DNA of 64,000 nucleotides from an uncultured Thiotrichales bacterium (lineage in GTDB: Bacteria; Pseudomonadota; Gammaproteobacteria; UWMA-0217): contig CAZUJU010000015.1 of assembly GCA_964620675.1 (NCBI GenBank), positions 449-64,448 on the forward strand, written 5' to 3'. A program made the position numbers and the translations under genes. Shown piece after piece: positions 1 through 9,287 of the stretch; position 1 is the stretch's first letter; the number at the start of each line of letters is the position of its first letter. The notes below the pieces were generated by a model. The model saw nothing but the letters and a program-made list of their open reading frames with translations, had not been told where the DNA came from and made no database searches.

Positions 1-891
1 CTCTTTTTCGCTGCGACGCCGCCGCGCGTTGTCTTGCACGATGAGGTTGAGCGGTCACCCGCCGCGGAAGTGGCCGCGGGCGAGTATCTAGTCAGACTCG
101 CGGGATGTGCGGCGTGCCATACCGACAACAAGACGGGCGGCCAGCCATTCGCCGGTGGAAGCGCGTTTCCCACGGCATACGGCACATTTTACGCCCCTAA
201 CATCACCCCCGATCCTGCGACCGGAATCGGGCGATGGAGCGAGGAGGATCTTGGTCGCGCATTGCGGTACGGCATCGCTCCGGGCGGGCACGCGTACTAC
301 CCGGTTTTCCCCTACACCGCGTACACCGACCTGAGCGACGACGATCTTGGCGCCATTTACGCTTATCTGATGACGGTGACGCCAGTCAGTCGCGTCAGCA
401 AGGCGCACGTATTGCCGTGGTATCTCACCCGCGCCACCGCGCGCGCTTGGCAAATGGCCTTTTTCCGTCCTGGAAGGGGCCAGTTTACGCACTCCACCGA
501 CACCCTGCTCGGTCGGGGGGAGTATCTGGCCAAGTCAGTCGCGCACTGCGGCGAGTGTCACACGCCGCGCAATACATTCGGCGCGCTGAAACGAAGTTAC
601 CATTTGGCGGGCGTGACGGCGTCGCCGGTGCTGGATGGCAAGGCGGTTCCGAATATCACCCGTGCGTTCAAAGGTGGCATCGGCAAGTGGGGTGCCGCCG
701 ATCTTAAGCAGTTTTTTCAGACCGGACAGCGTCCCGAAGGCAAGGACGTTGGTGGGGCGATGGCGGAGGTCATCGACGGTCGTCTAAAGTACCTCTCGCC
801 GGAAGATTCGAAGGCTCTCGTCACCTATATCAGAAGCGTGCCGGAAGCTGAAACGCTGCCGTGGTGGTCATCCTTGCCCTCGCTACGGTAA
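1..891 (+). CDS. Diheme cytochrome c (gluconate/alcohol dehydrogenase cytochrome subunit-like); probably 5'-truncated by the window
   Basis: Two CxxCH motifs (CAACH, CGECH), APNITPD and GEYL motifs; the frame is open from base 1. Confidence 0.8.
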   Translation, partial: LFFAATPPRVVLHDEVERSPAAEVAAGEYLVRLAGCAACHTDNKTGGQPFAGGSAFPTAYGTFYAPNITPDPATGIGRWSEEDLGRALRYGIAPGGHAYYPVFPYTAYTDLSDDDLGAIYAYLMTVTPVSRVSKAHVLPWYLTRATARAWQMAFFRPGRGQFTHSTDTLLGRGEYLAKSVAHCGECHTPRNTFGALKRSYHLAGVTASPVLDGKAVPNITRAFKGGIGKWGAADLKQFFQTGQRPEGKDVGGAMAEVIDGRLKYLSPEDSKALVTYIRSVPEAETLPWWSSLPSLR

Positions 892-915
892 GCGATTCGC
901 GCACGGATTGTGTGC

Positions 916-2181
916 TCAGGGCGACACCCCGCGGTGGCCTCGCGACTCGTCGGGCACACACCACAACACGAGCGCACCGCCCACAAACAGTACCAGTAGC
1001 GATAGCAGTCCTATCCGCGGATTACCGGTTGCGAGCCCGATGCCTCCGACCAGCAGCGGACCCAGCACCGCGGCGAACTTGCCAAGCATGTTATAAAACC
1101 CGAAGAACTCGGCGGCACGCTCAGGTGGAATCAGGCGCGCATAGTACGAGCGACTGAGCGCCTGAATTCCGCCCTGAATCAAGCCGATACAGGTTGCCAG
1201 GGCGAAAAATTCCCAGCTTTCCTGAATCTGCGACGCCCACAGCGTGACCAGACAATAGCCGCCAATCGCGAGCAAGATGCCATTGCGGGTGCCGAGGCGC
1301 TCGCCCAGGCGGCCGAACGCGACCGCCGCCGGAAAACCGATAAACTGCGTGATCAACAGCGCGGTGATGAGCTGTTTGGTCTCAAAGCCGAGTGCCTTGC
1401 CGTAGTCCACCGCCATGACGATGACGGTGTCGACGCCGTCGATATACAGCCAGTACGCGAGTAAGAACACCCACACCGCCCGCAGCTTTCGCACTTCGCG
1501 AAAGGTGTCGCGGAGCTGGCTGAAGCCGGCCTGTGTTGCGCGGCGGATGCCGAGGGGCGCCGCGGGTCTTGGCTCGTGGACGAACATCAGCAACGGTATA
1601 CTGAAGGTCAGCCACCAGATCGCGGTTAGCAGGAACGACAATTGCACGGCTGCCGCCGCGTCGGCGAGGCCAAACCATTGCGGTTGCAAGGTCATGACCA
1701 CGCAGAATGCGAACAGCAAGCCGCCGCCCAAGTACCCGAGCGCGAACCCGAATGCAGACACCCGGTCGTAACGCGCCGCGGTGGTCACATTGACGAGTAA
1801 CGCATCGTAAAACACATTACCGCCCATGAAACCGATGCTTGCCAGCACATAGAGCAGGATCGCGAGGTGCCAGTCGCCTTGGGCGATCCAGAACAGGCTG
1901 CCGGTCAACACCGCACCGAGGGTGGCAAAGAGCCAGAGCAGGCGCTTCTTGTAGCCACCCTGATCGGCGATCGCGCCCAGGATCGGCGCCAGCATGACGA
2001 TGCCAAGGCTGGCGAGCGAATTGGCGGTGCCGAGGGTGAAGGTGATGCGGGCGGACTCGGCGCCGTGGGCCCAGAACTCGCGGAAGAAAATCGGAAAGAA
2101 CCCTGCCAGCATGACCGTGGCAAACGCGGAGTTGGCCCAGTCATAGAGCGCCCAAGCGAGGATCGGTCGACGGATTGGCAT
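916..2181 (-). CDS. MFS transporter, UMF1/Atg22-like family
   Basis: About 12 hydrophobic segments; WALYDWANSAF N-terminus; SRSYYARLIP...EFFGFY motif. Confidence 0.85.
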   Translation of the reverse strand: MPIRRPILAWALYDWANSAFATVMLAGFFPIFFREFWAHGAESARITFTLGTANSLASLGIVMLAPILGAIADQGGYKKRLLWLFATLGAVLTGSLFWIAQGDWHLAILLYVLASIGFMGGNVFYDALLVNVTTAARYDRVSAFGFALGYLGGGLLFAFCVVMTLQPQWFGLADAAAAVQLSFLLTAIWWLTFSIPLLMFVHEPRPAAPLGIRRATQAGFSQLRDTFREVRKLRAVWVFLLAYWLYIDGVDTVIVMAVDYGKALGFETKQLITALLITQFIGFPAAVAFGRLGERLGTRNGILLAIGGYCLVTLWASQIQESWEFFALATCIGLIQGGIQALSRSYYARLIPPERAAEFFGFYNMLGKFAAVLGPLLVGGIGLATGNPRIGLLSLLVLFVGGALVLWCVPDESRGHRGVSP

Positions 2182-2218
2182 CGGCGTGGCCCGGTGCGGT
2201 TAGGGGGACCGCACTATG

Positions 2219-3022
2219 CTACGCGATTGCCGGGCTTGGCGTCGCCTCGCTCGCCGCGTCGCGGATACCCAGCACGATCCCGGCGTGGTGCAATCGTACC
2301 AGGGTCTGATGGCCGCCTTGAATCACCAAATCCGGATCTGGATGGGCGAGTTCCGTCGCGATCTGCTGGAGTAGCGCCAGCCCGGAACGCGTGCCGTTGT
2401 CGGCCAACAACGCGACCAAACGCGCACTCACCGGATTGGCCTCCATGAATCGAACCTCGTCGTTGCCGTCGCGATAGACCAACAAATGTGTGGGCTGCGG
2501 CGGTGGTGTCGTGGGCCGATAGCCTGGCGACAGACGATGCACCGGCCAGCGATAGGTGAGGTTCCAGCATAACGGCGAAAGCACCGGAACGCCGCGTAAC
2601 AGGTCGCCATGGCCGATCCAGGCGGGCGAGTCGGCGGGCGTCTCGGCGATCATTAAACCCAGTTCGACCCACTCGTAGTGTGCCAACTCCAGCAAGAACG
2701 GCGGATCGTCCGGGTCGGGTTCAAAGCGCTGTTCGAGATAGCTCAAAAACTCACGCGGGACATCGGCGAAATAGGGGCTCCGACACCGATGTTGGGCGAA
2801 GAACGGCCGTGCCAGCCGCGCTTCCCAACGATCCGCTGGATAAAGCGACCGCAGTACCGGAAAACCTTTTTCGAGGAAGCCGCTGACGTTGTTGAGCAAC
2901 AGCTCGCGGTAAATCCTCATCCGCCGCTCCTCGACATCCACGGGACGTGGGTTGTCGGCGGGGTTGCGGATATGCGCGGCGAAGGCGAACTGCGCTTGCT
3001 GAAACTCGGGCGTCTCAGGCAT
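2219..3022 (-). CDS. DUF2063-type RiPP maturation partner protein (HvfC/BufC-like)
   Basis: [25 protein letters not shown] and LAHYEWVEL motifs; the ATG at 3022 overlaps the end of the DUF692 gene. Confidence 0.85.
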   Translation of the reverse strand: MPETPEFQQAQFAFAAHIRNPADNPRPVDVEERRMRIYRELLLNNVSGFLEKGFPVLRSLYPADRWEARLARPFFAQHRCRSPYFADVPREFLSYLEQRFEPDPDDPPFLLELAHYEWVELGLMIAETPADSPAWIGHGDLLRGVPVLSPLCWNLTYRWPVHRLSPGYRPTTPPPQPTHLLVYRDGNDEVRFMEANPVSARLVALLADNGTRSGLALLQQIATELAHPDPDLVIQGGHQTLVRLHHAGIVLGIRDAASEATPSPAIA

Positions 3023-3875
3023 GCGCGCCTCCAAGGCGGCGCGGTGCCAGATGGCGCGTCTGCATGGCTTCGATGCGTGTGATCTCGCGCAGCAAATCGG
3101 CGAGCGGCGGGATGTTGAAATCGCGCTCCAGCAGGGTCGGAAATACGCCAAACTCGGCGTAAGCGGCGTCGAGCAACCCCCACACGGGCTCAATAACATC
3201 TGCCCCATGGGTGTCGATGATGAGGTCTTCGGCCTCGTTAAAGTGCCCGGCGATGTGCGCATAGGCGATGCGTTCACCGGGCAGTGCGGTGAGGAAATCG
3301 CGCGCGTCGTAGCGGTGATTCACCGAATTGACGTAGATATTGTTGACGTCGAGTAACAGGTCGCAATCGGCCTCCGCGAGCACCGCGGTGATGAACTCGA
3401 TCTCGGTCATCGCCGGGTTCGGGGCGGCGTAGTAGGACACGTTTTCGATCGCGATACGCTGTTCCAGGATGTCCTGGACCCGCCGAATCCGCGCCGCGAC
3501 ATAGCGCACGGCCTCATCGGTGAAGGGAATCGGCAGCAGGTCATAGAGATGACCTTCGTCCGAACAGTAACTGAGGTGTTCGCTGTAACCGCGAATCTGG
3601 TGCTGATCGAGGAACCGCTTGACCTCGCGGACGAAATCCTCGTCGAGCGGTGTCGGCCCCCCCAAGGACAGCGAAAGCCCGTGGCAGACAAACGGCCAGC
3701 GCTCGGTGAAATGGCGCAGGGATTTGCCCAGCGCGCCACCGATGTGGATCCAGTTTTCCGGGGCGATTTCCCAGAATCCAACGGCGGTATCGGGTTGCTC
3801 GCGCAGCGACGCGAGGAATTCGCGGCGTAGCCCGAGGCCGGTGCCCGCGATGTGATTGGAGGATTTTGGGGTCAC
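3015..3875 (-). CDS. DUF692 multinuclear non-heme iron oxidase (MNIO; HvfB/BufB-like)
   Basis: [53 protein letters not shown] and LLERD motifs. Confidence 0.93.
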   Translation of the reverse strand: MTPKSSNHIAGTGLGLRREFLASLREQPDTAVGFWEIAPENWIHIGGALGKSLRHFTERWPFVCHGLSLSLGGPTPLDEDFVREVKRFLDQHQIRGYSEHLSYCSDEGHLYDLLPIPFTDEAVRYVAARIRRVQDILEQRIAIENVSYYAAPNPAMTEIEFITAVLAEADCDLLLDVNNIYVNSVNHRYDARDFLTALPGERIAYAHIAGHFNEAEDLIIDTHGADVIEPVWGLLDAAYAEFGVFPTLLERDFNIPPLADLLREITRIEAMQTRHLAPRRLGGAHA

Positions 3876-3976
3876 GTTAGGCTCCCAAGCGATGGCGACA
3901 CGTCGCGGACTCGTGCCGTACGAACGGACTCGGCAACGATAACAGTGCGGTAAACATCGTGACGAACCTGTCTGCG

Positions 3977-4005
3977 GTTAAAGAGCGGCGGGCTTGCGCC
4001 CGCCG
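3977..4005 (-). terminator. Stem-loop (probable leaky terminator or mRNA stabiliser) after the RiPP precursor gene
   Basis: CGGCGGGC-ttgc-GCCCGCCG at 3986-4005, followed on the minus strand by CTCTTT. Confidence 0.5.
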
Positions 4006-4039
4006 ACGGTCACGCGAGTTTGCCTCGCGTGTGGGGGAA

Positions 4040-4408
4040 TTACTTTTTGCTCCCGCCGCACTTACCTTCGCCGCATTTGCCTTCCACGGCCTTTTTGGCA
4101 TCGCCGCCGCATTTGCCTTCCATGGCCTTTTTGGCATCGCCGCCGCACTTGCCTTCACCGCACTTGCCTTCCACGGCCTTTTTGGCATCGCCGCCGCACT
4201 TGCCTTCACCGCACTTGCCGTCGGCCTTTTTAGCGCCACCGCATTTGCCGTCGGCCTTCTTGTCACCGGCCTGGGTGTCGGCGATTTGATAGCCGTTGCC
4301 GAGATCGGTCAGGCTAAACGGATTCGCCTGCGCGGATGCGACGCTCATGCCGACGAGCGAAGCGCCGAGGGCCAAAGCAAAAGGACTCAGAGTGTTTTTC
4401 ATTGCCAT
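4040..4408 (-). CDS. Secreted Cys-repeat RiPP precursor (HvfA/oxazolin-like, EGKCG repeats)
   Basis: Sec-type signal (MKNTLSPFALALGASLVGMSVASAQA); 8 (E/D)GKCG repeats; AAGGAG RBS; directly upstream of DUF692/DUF2063. Confidence 0.9.
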   Translation of the reverse strand: MAMKNTLSPFALALGASLVGMSVASAQANPFSLTDLGNGYQIADTQAGDKKADGKCGGAKKADGKCGEGKCGGDAKKAVEGKCGEGKCGGDAKKAMEGKCGGDAKKAVEGKCGEGKCGGSKK

Positions 4409-4466
4409 GTCGTGTGCTCCTTCAAGCTTGATGGTAGACGGGCCGGTTGTCGGCCGGACCCGGGGT

Positions 4467-4494
4467 TAAGCGTAACTCGTTTCGATTACGCTTA
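4467..4494. promoter_or_regulatory. Perfect 9-bp inverted repeat (candidate operator) upstream of the RiPP precursor
   Basis: TAAGCGTAA-N10-TTACGCTTA. Confidence 0.35.
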
Positions 4495-4844
4495 CCCTTA
4501 CGCGCTGCGTTTGAGTTTGGATGCACCTGATTCTACCGATTCTTCAAACGATGAGCGTATGACCGTTCGACTTGAGTTCCTGCTCACTCCCGAGATCGCC
4601 GGATGGTCATGTTTTTAATGTTTGTTAAGTTATAGCCGGGCGCCGAAAAAAAGCACGCCTCGACGCGAATTCTAGCCCGCTCGGCCGGTGGCGGCGTGAC
4701 GGTGGGGATCTATGAAAAAATGTAAATCTTGAGGTCTGTTGATGCCGTCGGCGAACGATCCTGCGCTACCATCATGGCCAACTTGTCGGCTGACGATGAG
4801 CCCGCGCGCGGATACTTCTCCCCCACCTTTACCCGAGAACGACA

Positions 4845-6626
4845 TTGACCCGATCAGGTATTGTGCATACTTACGGGCGCGTACTGGCGCTTTTGCGGCC
4901 AGTGCGGGGCCTCGCCATTCTGCTGACCGCCGCCAACCTGGCGTTGGCGGCGGTGCCGTTTGCCGAGCCGATTCTCTTCGGCAAGGCCATCGACCTGCTG
5001 ACCGCGGCACCAACGCGCGGTGCCGATGCAACGTTTCACGACGGTGCGCGGGTGTTCGGCCTGTGGCTATTGATCAGCCTGTTCGGGATCGGCGCCGGGA
5101 TCTTGGTGGCGCTGCATGCCGATCGACTCGCGCATCGTCTGCGTTTGAATACCTCGGCGTACTTTTTTGAGCACGTGCTCGATTTGCACCTCGGGTTCCA
5201 TCGCGACGGCCATTCCGGGCGACTGTTGAAGATCATGATGCGTAGCGCCGATCATCTGTTTGGGCTGTGGTTGGCGATCTTTCGCGAGCATCTGTCGAGC
5301 GTCGTCGCGCTGCTGGTGCTGTTGCCGATGACCTTGTTCTTGAATTGGAAGCTGGCGTTGGTACTGATCCTGTTGATACTGCTTTCGGTCACGCTTACCG
5401 TGCTCGTCAGCCGGCGCACCCATGCCGCGCAGCGCGAGGTCGAGTCTTACCACTCGGCGGTGGCTGAGCATGCAGTGGACGCGCTCGGCAACGTCGTGTT
5501 GGTGCAGAGTTTTGTCCGCCGCGTGGAGGAGACCCGTACGATGCGCGACATGATGAGCCGCCTGCTCGCGGCGCAGTTTCCGGTGCTCAACTGGTGGGCG
5601 CTGGTCAACGTGCTGAACGGTGCCGCGGCCTCGATCACGGTGATCACGATCTTTGCGCTTGGCGCGTGGCTCAGTCTGCAAGGCGAGGTCACGGTGGGCG
5701 AGATCGTCACCTTTATGGGCTTTGCGAACCACCTGATTGGGCGTCTGGACCAAGTCATCGGCTTTTTCAACCGACTGTTCCATCAGGCGCCGTCGCTGGC
5801 TGAGTTCTTCGAGGTGTTGGATACGCAATCGGCGGTGCGCGATGCCCCCAATGCGCGCGACTTGGCACAGGTGAACGGACGCATCGAATTCGCTCAGGTC
5901 GGCTTCGCCTACGGCAATGGCCGCCAGGCGCTGAGCGATATCAGTTTTGTCGCCGAACCGGGTCGAACCATCGCGCTGGTTGGCGAAACCGGTGCGGGCA
6001 AGTCAACCGCGATGAATCTGCTGCACCGCCAGTACGACCCGCAAACCGGCGCGATCCTGCTCGACGGGAGCGATATCCGCGAGATCAAACTGGATGCACT
6101 GCGGCACCAGATTGGGGTCGTGTTTCAGGAGAATCTGCTGTTTTACCGCAGCATCGCGGACAATCTGCGGGTCGGCAATCCCGCCGCGAGTGACGCCGAA
6201 CTGGAGCAGGCGGCGCGTCTGGCGCAGGCCCATGAGTTCATCCTGGCGCAGCCCAACGGCTATCAGACCCGCATCGGCGAACGCGGCTCGAACCTGAGTG
6301 GCGGTGAGCGCCAGCGGCTTGCGATCGCGCGCGTGTTACTGAAAAATCCCCCGATCCTGATCCTCGACGAGGCCACGAGCGCGCTCGACACGGCCACCGA
6401 GGCCCAAGTGCAACTGGCGCTCAAGGCGCTGATGCGGGGGCGCACCACATTCGTCATCGCGCATCGTCTCGCGACCATCCGCGATGCCGATGAAATTCTG
6501 GTATTCCGCCAGGGGCGTATCATTGAACGCGGCGGGTTCCAGCAACTTGCGCAGCAAGGCGGCTATTTCGCGGAACTGGTCGCGAAGCAATATCCGGTGG
6601 CATCGGAGATCCCGACACCACCTTGA
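4845..6626 (+). CDS. ABC exporter, fused TMD-NBD, NdvA/ChvA (cyclic beta-1,2-glucan exporter)-like; exact start uncertain
   Basis: AEPILFGKAID, ADRLAHR and AQFPVLNWWAL resemble ChvA/NdvA; Walker A GETGAGKST; LSGGERQRLAIAR; ILDEATSALD. Confidence 0.8.
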   Translation: MTRSGIVHTYGRVLALLRPVRGLAILLTAANLALAAVPFAEPILFGKAIDLLTAAPTRGADATFHDGARVFGLWLLISLFGIGAGILVALHADRLAHRLRLNTSAYFFEHVLDLHLGFHRDGHSGRLLKIMMRSADHLFGLWLAIFREHLSSVVALLVLLPMTLFLNWKLALVLILLILLSVTLTVLVSRRTHAAQREVESYHSAVAEHAVDALGNVVLVQSFVRRVEETRTMRDMMSRLLAAQFPVLNWWALVNVLNGAAASITVITIFALGAWLSLQGEVTVGEIVTFMGFANHLIGRLDQVIGFFNRLFHQAPSLAEFFEVLDTQSAVRDAPNARDLAQVNGRIEFAQVGFAYGNGRQALSDISFVAEPGRTIALVGETGAGKSTAMNLLHRQYDPQTGAILLDGSDIREIKLDALRHQIGVVFQENLLFYRSIADNLRVGNPAASDAELEQAARLAQAHEFILAQPNGYQTRIGERGSNLSGGERQRLAIARVLLKNPPILILDEATSALDTATEAQVQLALKALMRGRTTFVIAHRLATIRDADEILVFRQGRIIERGGFQQLAQQGGYFAELVAKQYPVASEIPTPP

Positions 6627-6651
6627 ATTCATTCGAAAATCAGGGGGCGGG

Positions 6652-7440
6652 ATGGCTGGGTTTTTACCCGATGCGGCGGATTTGGCTTGGTTGCTCGCCG
6701 CCGCATTTCTCGCCGGACTGTTCGACGCGGCGGTCGGCGGTGGTGGCCTGATTCAGGTCCCGGCGCTCTTCGCCGTGTTGCCGCAAGTACCGCCGGCCGC
6801 GTTGCTCGGCACCAACAAACTCGCCAGCATTTTCGGCACCCTTAGCGCGGTGGCGCACTACGCGCGATCGCTGCGCTTCGATTGGCGATTTCTCCGCATC
6901 GCCGCCCCGGTGGCGCTGCTCGGCGCACTTGCCGGGGCCAGTGTTGTGGCCTGGCTTCCGGTCGCCTGGGTGCGGCCACTCGTGCTGCTGCTATTGATCG
7001 TGATCCTGGTGCGGACCTGGCGTGACCGTCAACGCGGGTTGAGCGCGACCCCTGTGCGCGCACGACCGCAAGTGGTCGCGGTAGCGGCCGGCGGTGGCAT
7101 CGGGTTTTACGACGGATTCTTCGGCCCCGGCACCGGGAGTTTTCTGATCTTTGTGTTCGTGCGCTGGCTGGGACAGGATTTTCTCCACGCCAGCGCGCAT
7201 GCCAAGGTCGTCAATGCCAGCACCAATCTCGGCGCGTTGATCTACTTCGCCGCGACCGGCCATGTTCTCTGGCTGCTCGGTTTTGCGATGACCGCCTTCA
7301 ATATCGCCGGGGCCCAGGTCGGCACCCGGATCGCGCTCAAGGGTGGCGCGGCGTTGGTGCGTCAGTTGTTTTTCCTGCTATGTATCGCCTTGATTCTGCG
7401 TCTGGGTTGGAGTCTCGCGGTGGAATGGTCAGGGCAGTAG
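6652..7440 (+). CDS. TSUP (TauE/SafE) family sulfite/anion exporter
   Basis: AGLFDAAVGGGGLIQVP, GTNK and GFYDGFFGPGTGSF motifs. Confidence 0.88.
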   Translation: MAGFLPDAADLAWLLAAAFLAGLFDAAVGGGGLIQVPALFAVLPQVPPAALLGTNKLASIFGTLSAVAHYARSLRFDWRFLRIAAPVALLGALAGASVVAWLPVAWVRPLVLLLLIVILVRTWRDRQRGLSATPVRARPQVVAVAAGGGIGFYDGFFGPGTGSFLIFVFVRWLGQDFLHASAHAKVVNASTNLGALIYFAATGHVLWLLGFAMTAFNIAGAQVGTRIALKGGAALVRQLFFLLCIALILRLGWSLAVEWSGQ

Positions 7441-7851
7441 GCGCACGCATTCGAGGTAACATTGCGCGTCGGGCGCGGTGCCGTTGCGTTGGGCTTCCCA
7501 CAAACGCTGCCCGAGACATTCGAGCATGGCGTGCTCGGCCTGATGCGGGCCGTGATGGCGTGCGAGTCGCAGCCACTGGTCGCGAATGCCAGGCGGGCGA
7601 TCGGTGCTGACCTGTTCCTGAATCGAGAGGTGCAGCGCAAGATGCAAAAACGGATTGACCTGCCCGTCCTCGGGGGTGAAATCGGCGTGCAGACTCGCCT
7701 CCGGCGCCGCGAGCAGGGCGTGGTATTCCGGGTGTTCACGCAGGACTTCGACGATCTGTTGTTCCAGTGGTTGCAAGGCGTCGGCGCGCTGCCACTTGGC
7801 GTACACATCGCAAAAGATCCGGCGGAAGGTGTCTCGATTTTGGCTGAACAT
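7429..7851 (-). CDS. DUF1841 family protein
   Basis: HPEYH and NPFLHLALHLSIQEQVSTDRPPGIR motifs; typical position after nth. Confidence 0.85.
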   Translation of the reverse strand: MFSQNRDTFRRIFCDVYAKWQRADALQPLEQQIVEVLREHPEYHALLAAPEASLHADFTPEDGQVNPFLHLALHLSIQEQVSTDRPPGIRDQWLRLARHHGPHQAEHAMLECLGQRLWEAQRNGTAPDAQCYLECVRLLP

Positions 7852-8016
7852 CGCCGCGATTCTAAGCGATCGCAACGCGCCACGGCGAGGTAACCGCACC
7901 CGCTACGGTTTGTGAAATTCTAACGAGGTCGGTTGCGCGAATGAGCGTTCGGTCCTGCCGCCGCGTCGGGTGATGCTCCCCGAACGAGGTGGCGCCGATT
8001 GATTTGATTTCGCCCC

Positions 8017-8080
8017 TGGTTCGGCAGGTTCACCGCCACCGGAAGCAGAAGGTTGCCGTTTATCTTGAGCTTGTCGAAGG
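8017..8080. repeat. Degenerate REP-like palindromic intergenic element
   Basis: TGGTTCGGCAGGTTCACCGCCACCGG ... CCGTTTATCTTGAGCTTGTCGAAGG form imperfect inverted arms; translates to RSFDKLKING, typical of a widespread proteobacterial short repeat. Confidence 0.55.
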
Positions 8081-8119
8081 ATCTAAGCGTTTCCCTTGAA
8101 AACCCTCGGCCGAGCCGAA

Positions 8120-8785
8120 TCAACGGTCCGCCGCCGGTTCGCATTGCGCGCAAGCAGCGGTTTTTTCGCGGTAATCACAGAGATCGCAGAGGATGCATTC
8201 GCCACATTTGGGTTTGCGCGCGAGGCAGGTGTAGCGACCATGCAGGATCAACCAGTGGTGGGCGTCGCGCTTGAACTCGGCAGGGACTGCCCGAAGCAGG
8301 CGTTGCTCGACCGCCAGCGGCGTTTTACCGGGTGCGAGGCCGGTGCGATTGCTGACGCGGAAGATATGGGTATCGACCGCGATGGTGGGTTCACCAAAGG
8401 CGGTGTTGAGAACGACGTTCGTCGTTTTGCGACCGACGCCCGGCAGCGATTCCAACGCGGCGCGATCGCGAGGGACCTCGCCGCCGTATTCGTCGCGCAG
8501 GCGTTGACAGGTCTTGATCAGATTCGCGGCCTTGGTGCGGTACAGCCCGATCGACTGGATATACCCGGTGAGCCCATCCAGACCGAGGGCGAGGATCGCG
8601 CCCGGGGTGTTCGCAACCGGAAACAGTCGCGCGGTCGCTCGGTTGACCCCCTTGTCGGTGGCTTGTGCCGATAGCACCACGGCGACCAACAATTCAAACA
8701 CCGAGTCGTAGTTGAGTTCGGTGGCGGGGTTGGGATTAGCGGCGCGCAAGCGTTCGAACAGCGCGCGGCGTTGCGCGGGATTCAC
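8120..8785 (-). CDS. nth: Endonuclease III
   Basis: LLVAVVLSAQATD, HhH LPGVGRKT, VDTH and CLARKPKCGECILCDLC Fe-S motif. Confidence 0.96.
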   Translation of the reverse strand: MNPAQRRALFERLRAANPNPATELNYDSVFELLVAVVLSAQATDKGVNRATARLFPVANTPGAILALGLDGLTGYIQSIGLYRTKAANLIKTCQRLRDEYGGEVPRDRAALESLPGVGRKTTNVVLNTAFGEPTIAVDTHIFRVSNRTGLAPGKTPLAVEQRLLRAVPAEFKRDAHHWLILHGRYTCLARKPKCGECILCDLCDYREKTAACAQCEPAADR

Positions 8786-8804
8786 GGTCGCGCGTGCGCG
8801 GGGG

Positions 8805-9194
8805 TCAACCCACGAGCGCCAGCACCGGCGCTTCGCCGCACAGGGCTTCGACCTCCGCTACCGCTTTGCGGTAACCCACGCTCAGTGCGAAGCGACCGTA
8901 CTCGTCGAGCTTGGGGCGAAACTGGGCATTGATCCGCGCGCCGAGCGCGTCCATCTCCCGCGCCCAGTATCCGGCGTCGCGCGCGCCAAACGGGACGTCT
9001 AAACCCAGCAGCGGGAAGCGATCGAACTCGGCCAATTGTGCGGCACGCAGTTCGCCATCCTGTTCGACGAAGTGTTTGCTCCAGTCGAACCACCAGCGGT
9101 AAAAGGCCTCGCATTGCTCCGGGGTGTAACGGTGTTCGACAAAGAAATCGAGGGTGCTGTAACCCGGTTGGTCGAAGGGCGGGTCCTGTAGCAT
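8805..9194 (-). CDS. Hypothetical protein (129 aa, aromatic-rich)
   Basis: CAGGAGG RBS just upstream of the ATG; fills the gap between rnfE and nth on the same strand; protein-like composition. Confidence 0.7.
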   Translation of the reverse strand: MLQDPPFDQPGYSTLDFFVEHRYTPEQCEAFYRWWFDWSKHFVEQDGELRAAQLAEFDRFPLLGLDVPFGARDAGYWAREMDALGARINAQFRPKLDEYGRFALSVGYRKAVAEVEALCGEAPVLALVG

Positions 9195-9287
9195 TGAGCC
9201 TCCTGGGCTTGTCCGCGGGGCGGAGGATGATCGATCGCGCTAATTTAAACACGGTTTGCGTGATCGTTCGCTCCGCTCGCCGGGGAA

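Noticed and set aside
4050-4270. Tandem DNA repeats that could be mistaken for a CRISPR array, and the overlapping repetitive ORFs (3877-4266, 3959-4618, 4020-4289)
   Set aside because: The repeats encode the (E/D)GKCG units of the RiPP precursor; there are no unique spacers or cas genes, and the other ORFs are shadow frames
4711-4728. TGAAAAAATGTAAAT resembling a CopR/CusR copper box near the RiPP cluster
   Set aside because: Spacing is one base short and one half-site is mismatched; too weak to call
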